Below are positions 21,616 to 30,516 of a DNA stretch of 64,000 bases, one piece after another; position 1 is the stretch's first letter, and each line of letters begins with the position of its first letter. A model generated the notes under the pieces. That model was given only the letters and a program-made list of their open reading frames with translations. It was not told the DNA's origin and did not search any database. This DNA comes from Roseburia sp. (GTDB lineage Bacteria > Bacillota > Clostridia > Christensenellales > Pumilibacteraceae), in contig JAMPDA010000002.1 in NCBI GenBank assembly GCA_023665905.1, positions 27,832 through 91,831 of the forward strand. Reading direction: 5' to 3'. The position numbers and the translations under genes are program-made.

Positions 21616-22203
21616 TCAATCGCCCTCGAGTACAGCCAATACGTCGTGCATCGACTTTTCGTACTCCGCTTCGGACGAGTTGTAGAACAGCAGAAGGTCG
21701 TCTTTTACGTTGGGATCGTCGAGGCTGGTCGGGACGGAAAAGTCCACCGTTTTCACGTACTTATCCCAGTTGTTTATCTTGTACACGTCGCGATCGGAAT
21801 TGCGCTTTATCATGCGCGCTCTGCACACATCGGGCGTGGTCACCACCCATATCACGGTTAGCTTTGCTCCGTAGCTTTTCAGCTTAGCGCGCAGCGACGC
21901 CATGTAGTCCGTGTCGCGTATCTCGCGCGTAAACGGCGCGTTTATGAGCACCGTGTCGTCGTAGCGCAACGCCTCGAACCCGAGGTCGAGTATCACCTCG
22001 TACTCGTAGTCGCGGATATTCTCCTCGAAAAAGTCGGAACTGCGGTCGTACGGCTTTTTTGCGACGCGAAATATTTGTTTGGAAAGCGGAATAAGCGTAT
22101 CTTTGTCGAGATACACTACGTGCTTTAGGTTTTTTGCGAGCTGTTTGGATATGTAAGTCTTGCCGCACGCCGGCGGAGACGACACTAAGATCATTCTTTT
22201 CAT
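21616..22203 (-). CDS. AAA_33-like P-loop kinase/ATPase
   Basis: SSPPACGKT Walker A, VYLDKD; start at MKRMILV. Confidence 0.8.
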   Translation of the reverse strand: MKRMILVSSPPACGKTYISKQLAKNLKHVVYLDKDTLIPLSKQIFRVAKKPYDRSSDFFEENIRDYEYEVILDLGFEALRYDDTVLINAPFTREIRDTDYMASLRAKLKSYGAKLTVIWVVTTPDVCRARMIKRNSDRDVYKINNWDKYVKTVDFSVPTSLDDPNVKDDLLLFYNSSEAEYEKSMHDVLAVLEGD

Positions 22204-22264
22204 TAATATATATTCTATCAAACGCCACAGGGCATGTCAAGCAAAATGCCCGTCGGCGGCGCGT

Positions 22265-22615
22265 TTACGTACTTTTACGCCGTTTTTTGTCGCCGCCCGC
22301 GGCACTTTTTCCGCCCGTTGCGCGCCCGTCGCCGCCTTTTTCGGGCGTGCCCGACTGAACTTGTCGCCTTGTAAGCAGATACGTAATAAGGTAAGCGGCA
22401 AGTAGCGCCGTAAACATGTACGGCGCCGGCACGGTGTCCGTCAGTATTATGTACGCGGTAAGTCCGCCGCCGACCGCCGCGACGGTCATGATGTCGAGGA
22501 CTATCGTCACGGGCAGAATATTCGTGCGTTCGGCGAGCTTGGTCGTCGCCATGTATAAAAATCGCGCCGCTATCCCGAGCGCAAAGCAGAACAGAAAAGC
22601 GTATATCTCGCTCAT
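22265..22615 (-). CDS. yabQ: YabQ-like spore cortex membrane protein
   Basis: Start MSEIYAF overlaps the yabP stop; three hydrophobic segments; yabP-yabQ synteny. Confidence 0.6.
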   Translation of the reverse strand: MSEIYAFLFCFALGIAARFLYMATTKLAERTNILPVTIVLDIMTVAAVGGGLTAYIILTDTVPAPYMFTALLAAYLITYLLTRRQVQSGTPEKGGDGRATGGKSAAGGDKKRRKST

Positions 22616-22908
22616 TTGAACACGCGCTTGAAAAACGACTGCTTGGCTTGCGCATACTTGAGCGCGTCGATATTGCCGGTCAGCGAAAGATTGCCGTCGT
22701 CCACGTCGAACTTGGCTATTTTGAGCTCGCTGCCGCAGATAATAAGCCTGCCGAGGCAGGTCGTTATGTCTATCTGCGTGTCCGTCATGCCGTCCACCTT
22801 GCAAACGCCGGTGAACGACGCCTTTTTGCGGTCTGTCACCGTTATCGAGTGCGAGGTGAACTTGATTTTTTGCGCTGTCTGCGCGGTCTGTTGCGATATA
22901 TCTTTCAT
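22612..22908 (-). CDS. yabP: YabP/YqfC-family sporulation protein
   Basis: HSITVTDRKKASFTGV..V, LGRLIICGSELKI, GNIDALKY pattern. Confidence 0.85.
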   Translation of the reverse strand: MKDISQQTAQTAQKIKFTSHSITVTDRKKASFTGVCKVDGMTDTQIDITTCLGRLIICGSELKIAKFDVDDGNLSLTGNIDALKYAQAKQSFFKRVFK

Positions 22909-23033
22909 ACCGATATTGTATGCCCGTCGCAAACCCGAATAGAAGCGTTATTTGCGATAATCGGCAAAACGATTGATTTTATTTTTCGGGTGGTGTAAAA
23001 TAGATGCCGACAACAATTTTGTACGAGGAGCGT

Positions 23034-25520
23034 ATGGACGTAAAGAAACAGCTTGCCGAGGAATTCGGGCTCAAAGAGGAGCACTGCTCCAACATCGTGG
23101 ATCTGCTCGATCAGGGCGATACCGTTCCGTTTATCGCGCGCTATCGCAAGGAAATGCACGGCGCGACCGACGATCAGGTGATACGCGAGTTGTCCGAAAG
23201 ATACGATTATCTTAAGGGCTTGCAAAAGCGCAAGGAGGAAATACGCTCGGCGATAGAAGGTCAGGGCAAGTGGACGGACGAGCTTGCGTCGGCGCTCGAT
23301 GCGGCAAAGACGCTCACCGAAGCGGAGGACGTGTACAGACCGTTCAAGCAGAAGAAAAAGACGCGCGCGTCCGTGGCGATAGCGCGCGGACTCGAGCCGC
23401 TCGCAGATATAATAGAAGCGCAGGAGCTTGCGTCATACGACGAAGCGGAGCTTTGCGCGCCGTACATCGACGCGGAAAAGGAAGTGCCGGACGCCAAAAC
23501 GGCGCTCGACGGCGCGTGCGACATAATAGCCGAGCGCATATCCGACGACGCGGCGATAAGAAAAGCATTGCGCGCGCAGGCGTTTGAGTCGGGCAGGCTG
23601 ACCGCCGTTGCGGACGAGTCGTGCACGGACGGCGAAAAGAAAAAGGTGTACGAAACGTACTTCAAGTTCGACGAGGCGATCTCCACCGTGCCCAGTCACC
23701 GCGTGCTCGCCGTCAATCGCGGCGAAAAAGAGGGCTGCCTCAAAGCGGGCGTAGTTGTGGACGAGAGCAAGGCGATAGCGACTGTTGCCGCCGCAAAAAA
23801 GAAGCAGTCGGCGTTCGACGCGCTCATAGACAGAACGATAGAGGACGCGTACAAGCGTCTTATCGCGCCGTCGATAGAGCGCGAGGTGCGCGCAGAGCTT
23901 TTCGACCGCGCTTCCGAACAGGCGATAAAGACGTTCGAGCGCAACCTAAAGCCGCTGCTGTTGCAGCCGCCGCTCAAGGGCAAAGTAATACTCGGGCTCG
24001 ATCCGGCGTATCGCACGGGCTGTAAGATAGCGGTCATCGACGCGAGCGGCAAATTTTTGACGAGCGCGGTCATTTACCCCACGCCGCCGCAGAAAAAGAT
24101 CGAGGAAGCCAAAGCGGTGATGAAAAAGCTTATCGCCGACTACGGCGTGGACTGCATTTCCATAGGCAACGGCACGGCGTCCAAGGAATCGGAGATATTC
24201 GTAGCCGACTTGATAAAGGAACTCGACCGCCCTGTGTCGTACGCGGTGGTTTCGGAATCGGGCGCATCCGTATACAGCGCAGGCAAGCTGGGCGCGGAGG
24301 AATTCCCTCAGCTCGACCTCACCATAAGGAGCGCGATCTCCATAGCGCGACGCCTTCTCGACCCGCTCGCGGAGCTCATAAAAGTGGACGTGCGCTCGCT
24401 CGGCGTAGGGCAGTATCAGCACGACATGCCGCAAAAGCGGCTCGTCACTTCGCTCGAGGCGGCGGTCGAGGACTGCGTAAACAGCGTCGGCGTGGACCTC
24501 AACACCGCGTCGTACTCGTTGCTTTCGTACGTGTCCGGACTTAACATCGGCACGGCAAAGAGCATTGTGGAGTACCGCTCCAACAAGCCGTTCGCGTCGC
24601 GCAAAGAGCTGTTGAAAGTTCCCAAGCTGGGCGCAAAGGCGTTTGAACAGTGCGCCGGATTTTTGCGCATATCGGACGGCGAAAACGTTTTGGACAACAC
24701 GGCGGTGCACCCCGAGTCTTACGGCGCGGCTCAAAAACTTTTGGACAAGTTCGGCTATTCGGGCGACGACGTAAAAAACGAAAAACTCAAAGAGCTGCCG
24801 CAAAAGATAGCCGCCGTCGGCGAACAGGCCGTTGCGGACGAGATAGGCGTCGGCGTGCCCACTCTCAACGATATCGTGACCGAGCTGTTAAAGCCGGGCA
24901 GAGACATGCGCGACAGCCTGCCGCCGCCCGTACTGCGTTCCGACCTCATGGACATGAACGACCTCAAAGAGGGCATGAAGATATCCGGCGTGGTGCGCAA
25001 TGTAACCGATTTCGGCGCGTTCGTCGATATTTCGGTGCATCAGGACGGACTTTTGCACATTTCCGAAATGTCGGACGGCTTTGTAAAGAGCCCGTCGGAC
25101 ATACTTAAGGTGGGCGACAAACTGGACGTGTGGGTGCTTTCCGTCGATAAGGAAAAACACCGCATCGCGCTGACCGCGCTCGATCCCGCCCTGCGCGACA
25201 AGCGCAAAGCCGACCGCGAGCTCCAAAAACAACAGCGCGAGCAACAAAAGCAACAGCGCGAAAAAAATCGCGCGGAGTTCGATAAGTCGCGCTCCGACCG
25301 CCGCGACGGCGGACGGTTCGGCGACAGACCGCGTCGCGAGGGCGACAGACAGTTCGGCGACAGACCGCGTCGCGAGGGCGACAGACAGTTCGGCGATAAG
25401 CACATGCGCGCGGAGCGGCAGAGCGGCTATCGCGACAGAACGGAAGCCGCGCCGTCCACAGAGAACATGACGATGGACGAAAAGCTCGCCGCACTTCTCG
25501 GCAAGTTCAACGGCAAATAA
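23034..25520 (+). CDS. tex: Tex/YhgF-family S1-domain RNA-binding transcriptional accessory protein
   Basis: TVPFIARYRKE, LGLDPAYRTGCK, GVGQYQHD, HhH and S1 (NVTDFGAFVDI) motifs; start after GAGGAG. Confidence 0.95.
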   Translation: MDVKKQLAEEFGLKEEHCSNIVDLLDQGDTVPFIARYRKEMHGATDDQVIRELSERYDYLKGLQKRKEEIRSAIEGQGKWTDELASALDAAKTLTEAEDVYRPFKQKKKTRASVAIARGLEPLADIIEAQELASYDEAELCAPYIDAEKEVPDAKTALDGACDIIAERISDDAAIRKALRAQAFESGRLTAVADESCTDGEKKKVYETYFKFDEAISTVPSHRVLAVNRGEKEGCLKAGVVVDESKAIATVAAAKKKQSAFDALIDRTIEDAYKRLIAPSIEREVRAELFDRASEQAIKTFERNLKPLLLQPPLKGKVILGLDPAYRTGCKIAVIDASGKFLTSAVIYPTPPQKKIEEAKAVMKKLIADYGVDCISIGNGTASKESEIFVADLIKELDRPVSYAVVSESGASVYSAGKLGAEEFPQLDLTIRSAISIARRLLDPLAELIKVDVRSLGVGQYQHDMPQKRLVTSLEAAVEDCVNSVGVDLNTASYSLLSYVSGLNIGTAKSIVEYRSNKPFASRKELLKVPKLGAKAFEQCAGFLRISDGENVLDNTAVHPESYGAAQKLLDKFGYSGDDVKNEKLKELPQKIAAVGEQAVADEIGVGVPTLNDIVTELLKPGRDMRDSLPPPVLRSDLMDMNDLKEGMKISGVVRNVTDFGAFVDISVHQDGLLHISEMSDGFVKSPSDILKVGDKLDVWVLSVDKEKHRIALTALDPALRDKRKADRELQKQQREQQKQQREKNRAEFDKSRSDRRDGGRFGDRPRREGDRQFGDRPRREGDRQFGDKHMRAERQSGYRDRTEAAPSTENMTMDEKLAALLGKFNGK
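25316..25396 (+). repeat. 36-bp in-frame tandem repeat (about 2.25 copies) in the tex tail
   Basis: GTTCGGCGACAGACCGCGTCGCGAGGGCGACAGACA twice plus a partial copy, encoding FGDRPRREGDRQ. Confidence 0.9.
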
Positions 25521-25639
25521 ATTCGCGCGCACGCCGCGATACGAGCCGAAAAAATTTAATCCGATTATAATAAAACTCTAAGGCACATATAAAAATTTTA
25601 TCGTATGATATATGCGAATTTTATGTTAAGGAGTAAAAC

Positions 25640-26635
25640 ATGATACGCGCAAAGGAATGTCGGCGCAGGGCTTGGAACGCGTTTACGGGCGGTTCGGGCG
25701 CAAACTGCGGAATAATGATCGTCGCCATGCTCATATACGACGTGCTTGTTTCGATAGCGTCGATCATCGTTTCGGGCACGATGACGTTTGGCATAAGCAA
25801 ACTGTCGCTCGATATCGTCCGCGGCAAAAAAGTAAAGTTCGAAACGATGTTCGACGGATTTTACTGCTTTGCAAAGACGTTTGTGCTCGGGCTGCTTATC
25901 GGGCTGTTCACATTGCTTTGGGGATTGCTCCTAATTATCCCGGGCATAATCAAGTCGTATTCCTACAGCATGAGCTATTACATAAGCGTAGACGATCCCA
26001 AGCTCTCCGCCGAGGAAGCGCGCAAGAAGTCTATGGAACTGATGAAAGGGAACAAATGGCGGTATTTCTGCCTGCAGCTCAGCTTTATAGGCTGGATACT
26101 GCTCACTATCATCACTTTCGGGCTTGCGTCTATCTTTGTTGCGCCGTATATGCAGATAGCATATGCCGAATTTTATAACGACCTCGTCGGCGGCGAAAAG
26201 ACGTCCGCTGTGTCGGGCGGCGGCGCGAACGGCGCAGGCGGCGGCGAAGACGTGTTCTGCTCGAATTGCGGCGCGGCAAACCCCGACGGCTCGGCATTTT
26301 GCAGAAAGTGCGGAAACAAGATAGCGGTGCGGCGCGACGAGGCGCGCGTGTGTCCGCAGTGCGGCGCGGCGTGCAAAGAAGGCGCGGTGTTCTGCGGCAA
26401 GTGCGGTTGCAAGCTTGCGGACGCGGAAACGGCGGCAGGCGTGACCTGTCCGGCGTGCGGCGCGGTGTGCGACGCCGACGCGGTGGTGTGCACGCAGTGC
26501 GGCCGCAAATTCCCCATATCGCGAAATTGGAACGAGGACGAGCAAGAGCCCAAGCGCAACATCTGCCCGAACTGCGGCGAGGAGAACAGGGCAGAGGCGG
26601 CGTACTGCAAAAAATGCGGAGAAAGGTTGAAATAG
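25640..26635 (+). CDS. DUF975-like membrane protein fused to multiple zinc ribbons
   Basis: IIKSYSYSMSYYI..D, SMELMKGNKWRYF pattern; eight CxxC pairs arranged as four CxxC-x10-CxxC ribbons. Confidence 0.85.
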   Translation: MIRAKECRRRAWNAFTGGSGANCGIMIVAMLIYDVLVSIASIIVSGTMTFGISKLSLDIVRGKKVKFETMFDGFYCFAKTFVLGLLIGLFTLLWGLLLIIPGIIKSYSYSMSYYISVDDPKLSAEEARKKSMELMKGNKWRYFCLQLSFIGWILLTIITFGLASIFVAPYMQIAYAEFYNDLVGGEKTSAVSGGGANGAGGGEDVFCSNCGAANPDGSAFCRKCGNKIAVRRDEARVCPQCGAACKEGAVFCGKCGCKLADAETAAGVTCPACGAVCDADAVVCTQCGRKFPISRNWNEDEQEPKRNICPNCGEENRAEAAYCKKCGERLK

Positions 26636-26662
26636 ACTGTTCTTAAGATATCACTTCAAAAA

Positions 26663-26692
26663 ATCACCCCGTTATGAATGTAACGGGGTGAT
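26663..26692. terminator. hairpin between convergent DUF975 gene and dnaN
   Basis: ATCACCCCGTTA-tgaatg-TAACGGGGTGAT perfect 12-bp stem. Confidence 0.7.
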
Positions 26693-26795
26693 GCTTTATT
26701 GTATTGGGTTTTATTCGAGAAGCAATTTTGTCAACTGCTTTGTTACATAGTCTATTTTGTTGCGACGAAAATCGAGAAATCTTCGGTGTATGTGT

Positions 26796-27896
26796 TTACA
26801 CACTGCGCACGGGGAGCACGAGATATATGTACTCGTCAAGCCCGCCTGCCGGCGAAACCACGCACGCCGACGTCGCGTTGGTCATGTTGAGCACAACGGT
26901 GTCGCACGTCATATAGTGCAAAAACTCGGTAAAGTACCGCGCATTGAACGATATCGTTATGTCCGCGCCGTCCGTCTTTACGGGCAGGTTTTCCTCGACG
27001 TTGCCTGCGTCGCTGTGCGAGCGCACTGTCATGTTCGTCTGGGAAATATCGAAGCGGACGAGATTGTTGTTCTTTTCGGAGCGCGACATCAGCACCGCGC
27101 GGTCTATCGCGTCCTCGAACAGCGATTTGGGGATATATACCTGCGTGTCGAAGTGCTGCGGAATGATCTGGCGATAGTTGACGAAATCTCCGGCGAGCAG
27201 GCGCGTGGTGATAGTGGTGGCGTCTACGCGCACCATAAGGAAGTTTTTGTGCAGATAGAACTTGACCGTATCGTCGTTGTCTTGGATAAGTCGGGATATT
27301 TCGAGTATAGCGCGCGCCGGCACGACTATGCTCGTGGACGCGGTGGTGCGGACTATCGGCTTTACGCACTTTGCGAGGCGATATCCGTCGAGCGCCACGG
27401 CGACTATGCCGTTGTCGTCTATCTCCAGCCGCACGCCCTTGAGCACGGGACGGGTGTCGTCGGTGCACACCGAAAACGCGACCTTGTTGACGAGGTCTTT
27501 GAAATCGCTGTTTTTCATCTCGAAGTACTGCGTATCTTCTATGCGGTTGACTTCGGGGAAGCGATCGGTGTAGCAGCCGAACTCGCCCTCGCTGCGCTCG
27601 TACGATATCTTAAGGCGCGAGCCGGCGGCGGCGAGCACTATGTTCTGCGACGTCAGTTTTTTGACGAAGTCGCCGAACAGCTTGCCGGGGACCGCTACTT
27701 CGCCCGACTCGATAACGTCGGCGCGCACCATGTGCTCGATGGAAAGCTCGAGGTCGGTCGCGGTAAGTGTCAGCGTGCCGTCTTCCGCGCCGAGCTTGAT
27801 ACATTCGAGTATTGCGTTGGTCGAGCGCGTGGGCACGGCTTTTATTACTTTAGCCACCGCTTCGCACAGGTCGTTTCCGTTACATTCTACTTTCAT
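26796..27896 (-). CDS. dnaN: DNA polymerase III beta sliding clamp
   Basis: 366 aa; ATDLELSI, TRPVLKGV, VALDGYRLA, ISFNARY, YLVLPVR motifs. Confidence 0.95.
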   Translation of the reverse strand: MKVECNGNDLCEAVAKVIKAVPTRSTNAILECIKLGAEDGTLTLTATDLELSIEHMVRADVIESGEVAVPGKLFGDFVKKLTSQNIVLAAAGSRLKISYERSEGEFGCYTDRFPEVNRIEDTQYFEMKNSDFKDLVNKVAFSVCTDDTRPVLKGVRLEIDDNGIVAVALDGYRLAKCVKPIVRTTASTSIVVPARAILEISRLIQDNDDTVKFYLHKNFLMVRVDATTITTRLLAGDFVNYRQIIPQHFDTQVYIPKSLFEDAIDRAVLMSRSEKNNNLVRFDISQTNMTVRSHSDAGNVEENLPVKTDGADITISFNARYFTEFLHYMTCDTVVLNMTNATSACVVSPAGGLDEYIYLVLPVRSV

Positions 27897-28020
27897 TTGT
27901 TTTCTCCGTTTTTTGTTTATATCGCGATTATATCATATGCGGTGTCGATTGTCAATCTTTATGTCTGAAAATTTAAAAACCGCTTTACATGAGCCGAAGC
28001 TAATGATATAATATATATGT

Positions 28021-28395
28021 ATGAAAGACCACGAATCGGAAGAAATGTATCTCGAAACAATACTCGTCCTAAAGAACACGCGCCCTGCGGTGCGGTCTAT
28101 CGACATTGCGGAAAAACTCGGTTACGCCAAATCGAGCGTTTCGCGCGGCGTCAATCTTTTGCAGGACAGGGGATATATCACCATAGGCGACGACGGGTTT
28201 ATCGAGTTTACGCAAAAAGGCGCGGAAAAAGCGGGCAGCATATACGATAGGCACAATGTGCTTACCGCTCTTTTCGAGGAGCTCGGCGCGAGCGAGGAGC
28301 TTGCGGAAATAAACGCCTGCCGCATAGAGCACGTTTTGGACGACGAGATGTTCGAGCTCATTAAAAAGCGCGTACAGGCGCCGAATAAAGAATAA
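28021..28395 (+). CDS. DtxR/MntR-family metal-dependent transcriptional regulator (short form)
   Basis: ESEEMYLETI, IAEKLGYAKSSVSR HTH, RHNVL, ACRIEH. Confidence 0.9.
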   Translation: MKDHESEEMYLETILVLKNTRPAVRSIDIAEKLGYAKSSVSRGVNLLQDRGYITIGDDGFIEFTQKGAEKAGSIYDRHNVLTALFEELGASEELAEINACRIEHVLDDEMFELIKKRVQAPNKE

Positions 28396-28410
28396 ATCAG
28401 CACTAAAAAC

Positions 28411-28435
28411 AAAAAAGCCCTTTAGGGGCTTTTTT
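28411..28435. terminator. bidirectional intrinsic terminator
   Basis: AAAAAAGCCC-tttag-GGGCTTTTTT between convergent genes. Confidence 0.8.
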
Positions 28436-28494
28436 GTGTTGCGGACATTAATGCGCCGCCTAAGATATGGTGTTATGACTTGCGCCTAAGATAA

Positions 28495-28725
28495 TTAATT
28501 GTCCGCGTCGTCGCCGTATCTGCCGCAGGATCCGCCGCAACGGTTTTCCGATCTGCGGTAGCCACGACAGCACAGGTTAAAGCATTGGCACCGACACGGT
28601 CTTTGCATGTTGCACCGCGGCTTTTCGCGGCAACATTCGCAGCAATGCCGCTCGTGCCGACAGCAGCAACGGCATTTGACGCATCGGTCGTTTCGATTGC
28701 AACAGGAACAGTTGTCTGAGAACAT
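28495..28725 (-). CDS. 76-aa cysteine-rich protein (20 Cys), metallothionein-like or spore-coat-like
   Basis: Strong RBS GGAGGTG before ATG; MFSDNCSCCNRNDRCVKCRCCCRHERHCCECC...; ends at a shared terminator. Confidence 0.7.
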   Translation of the reverse strand: MFSDNCSCCNRNDRCVKCRCCCRHERHCCECCREKPRCNMQRPCRCQCFNLCCRGYRRSENRCGGSCGRYGDDADN

Positions 28726-28864
28726 ATCACACCTCCGAATAGTATGTAGATGCAAATATGCGTCATGTCGCGGCTATATTTTCAGTTTATTCGGGCGGGC
28801 GGCGTCGCGTTACGGATTTTTTACGCCGAAAAAGCGGAAATATGCGATTGTTTTACGCGCATGC

Positions 28865-28893
28865 TTGACAAAGCGCACGGCAAAGAGTATAAT
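28865..28893 (+). promoter_or_regulatory. consensus sigma-A promoter for the GT2-glf-HD genes
   Basis: TTGACA-17 bp-TATAAT. Confidence 0.8.
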
Positions 28894-28966
28894 CAATAGA
28901 CCGTATATTTTGCTTTTGCATACTTTCGGAATAAAACCGTCGGCGCGGCGTGCCGATACGGACATC

Positions 28967-30472
28967 ATGGACAGATTTAACGAGATCCTATCTTTTATAA
29001 ACGACCAGGTCCTGCTTACGATAATAGGCATCGCTTTCGGCATACAGGTTTTCTATATTCTTTTGTTTTTCGTAAGGGCGAAAAAGTACCCCAAAGCCAA
29101 GGTCCAGCACCGCTTCGGGATAGTCATTCCGGCGCGCAACGAGGAAGACGTAATAGGCGATACGGTAAAGTGCCTGCTCGCTTCCGATTATCCGCGCGCG
29201 CTTTTCGACGTGTTCGTCGTCGCCGATAACTGCACGGACAGGACCGCGGAGATAGCGCGAAAGGCAGGCGCGATAGTCTACGAAAGGACGGATCCCGACC
29301 CCAAGCACCACAAAGCCGGCTACGCGCTCAAATTCCTTTTCGAGAAGATAGCGGAGGAGCACCCCGGGTACGAGGTCTTTATAAAGTTCGACGCGGACAA
29401 CCTCATGGAGCGCGACTATATTTCGCGCATGAACGACGCGTTCGACGCAGGCGTAAAATGCGCGCGCGGCTATTCCAACTCCAAAAATATCGACCAGAAC
29501 ATCGTTACGGGCATATCGGGACTGTGGTACATTCGCGATTGCCGCTTTGCGAGCAATTTCCGCTCCGCTATCGGGCAGGGCACGATGCTCGGCGGCGCCG
29601 GCATGATGTTTTCGGCGGAGATAATCGAAAAGCACGGTTGGGACTGTCTGACCGCTTCCGACGATACCGAGTTCACCATGCGTCGGCTCAATCAGGACAA
29701 GATAAAGACCATGTACGTCAAGGACGCGATAGTGTACGAGGATCAGCCGTCCACCATAAAAGACACGTTCCGCAGGTACAAGCGCATGTCGGGTGCGCTC
29801 AACAAGCTGTTTTACACGCAGGGCATAAAGTCGCTCGGGCTGTTCTTTGTGCGCTGGAAGTGGACGTACATCGACATGTTCATAACGCTGATGTTCATAC
29901 CTGTGTGCGTGCTCATGAGCACATGGTTGCCGATATATTACGGCTACGTGCTGATATATCACGGGATCATGGGGAATTGGTCGATATTCTGGACGTACTT
30001 TAACACGATCTGCTATTCGCTGGCGTTCGCCTTTGTTACGGCGTTCATATTGCAGGCGCTGCTCGCCGTCTTTCTCGAGCGCAAACGGCTCAAGACGACG
30101 GTCAAAAAGATGTTGCCGGCGGTGTTCCTGTTCCCCGCGTTCATGATAATTTACGCAGTCGCCATAACCCTCGGCGTTTTCACCAAGCCCAAATGGAAGC
30201 AGGTAAAGCGCAACTGCGTTTCGAGCGAGAGCGTCATCGGTAAGGTCGAAGACGTCGCGACCGATAGCGGCGCGCAAGAAGCGACGGAAGAAGGTGTGTC
30301 GGACGCGCCTGCGCAAAACGACGGCGCGGCGGAAGAAGTTGATGTCGGCGCGGCGGAGCAAAACGATGCGGCAGACGCCGACGGCGCGCAAGAAGCGGCG
30401 GTCGATAGCGGCGCGGACGCGGGTATTGCGGACGACGCATTATACATTGCGGATAAAAACGACGGCGAGTAA
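28967..30472 (+). CDS. family 2 glycosyltransferase (processive, membrane-bound) with acidic tail
   Basis: VIPARNEE, VVADNCTD, FDADN, SDD and RYKRM (QxxRW-like); start re-called at MDRFNEIL. Confidence 0.9.
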   Translation: MDRFNEILSFINDQVLLTIIGIAFGIQVFYILLFFVRAKKYPKAKVQHRFGIVIPARNEEDVIGDTVKCLLASDYPRALFDVFVVADNCTDRTAEIARKAGAIVYERTDPDPKHHKAGYALKFLFEKIAEEHPGYEVFIKFDADNLMERDYISRMNDAFDAGVKCARGYSNSKNIDQNIVTGISGLWYIRDCRFASNFRSAIGQGTMLGGAGMMFSAEIIEKHGWDCLTASDDTEFTMRRLNQDKIKTMYVKDAIVYEDQPSTIKDTFRRYKRMSGALNKLFYTQGIKSLGLFFVRWKWTYIDMFITLMFIPVCVLMSTWLPIYYGYVLIYHGIMGNWSIFWTYFNTICYSLAFAFVTAFILQALLAVFLERKRLKTTVKKMLPAVFLFPAFMIIYAVAITLGVFTKPKWKQVKRNCVSSESVIGKVEDVATDSGAQEATEEGVSDAPAQNDGAAEEVDVGAAEQNDAADADGAQEAAVDSGADAGIADDALYIADKNDGE

Positions 30473-30516
30473 GTAGTCGCCGCATTGCGATACATAAATA
30501 AGTTGCGGAGGGGAAA

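Noticed and set aside
25316-25396. 36-bp repeat as CRISPR-like repeats
   Set aside because: Copies are directly adjacent with no spacers and lie in frame within tex.
28730-28770. Sporulation sigma-E/K promoter for the Cys-rich gene
   Set aside because: CATACTAT resembles the -10 box but lies too close to the RBS, and the -35 spacing does not fit.
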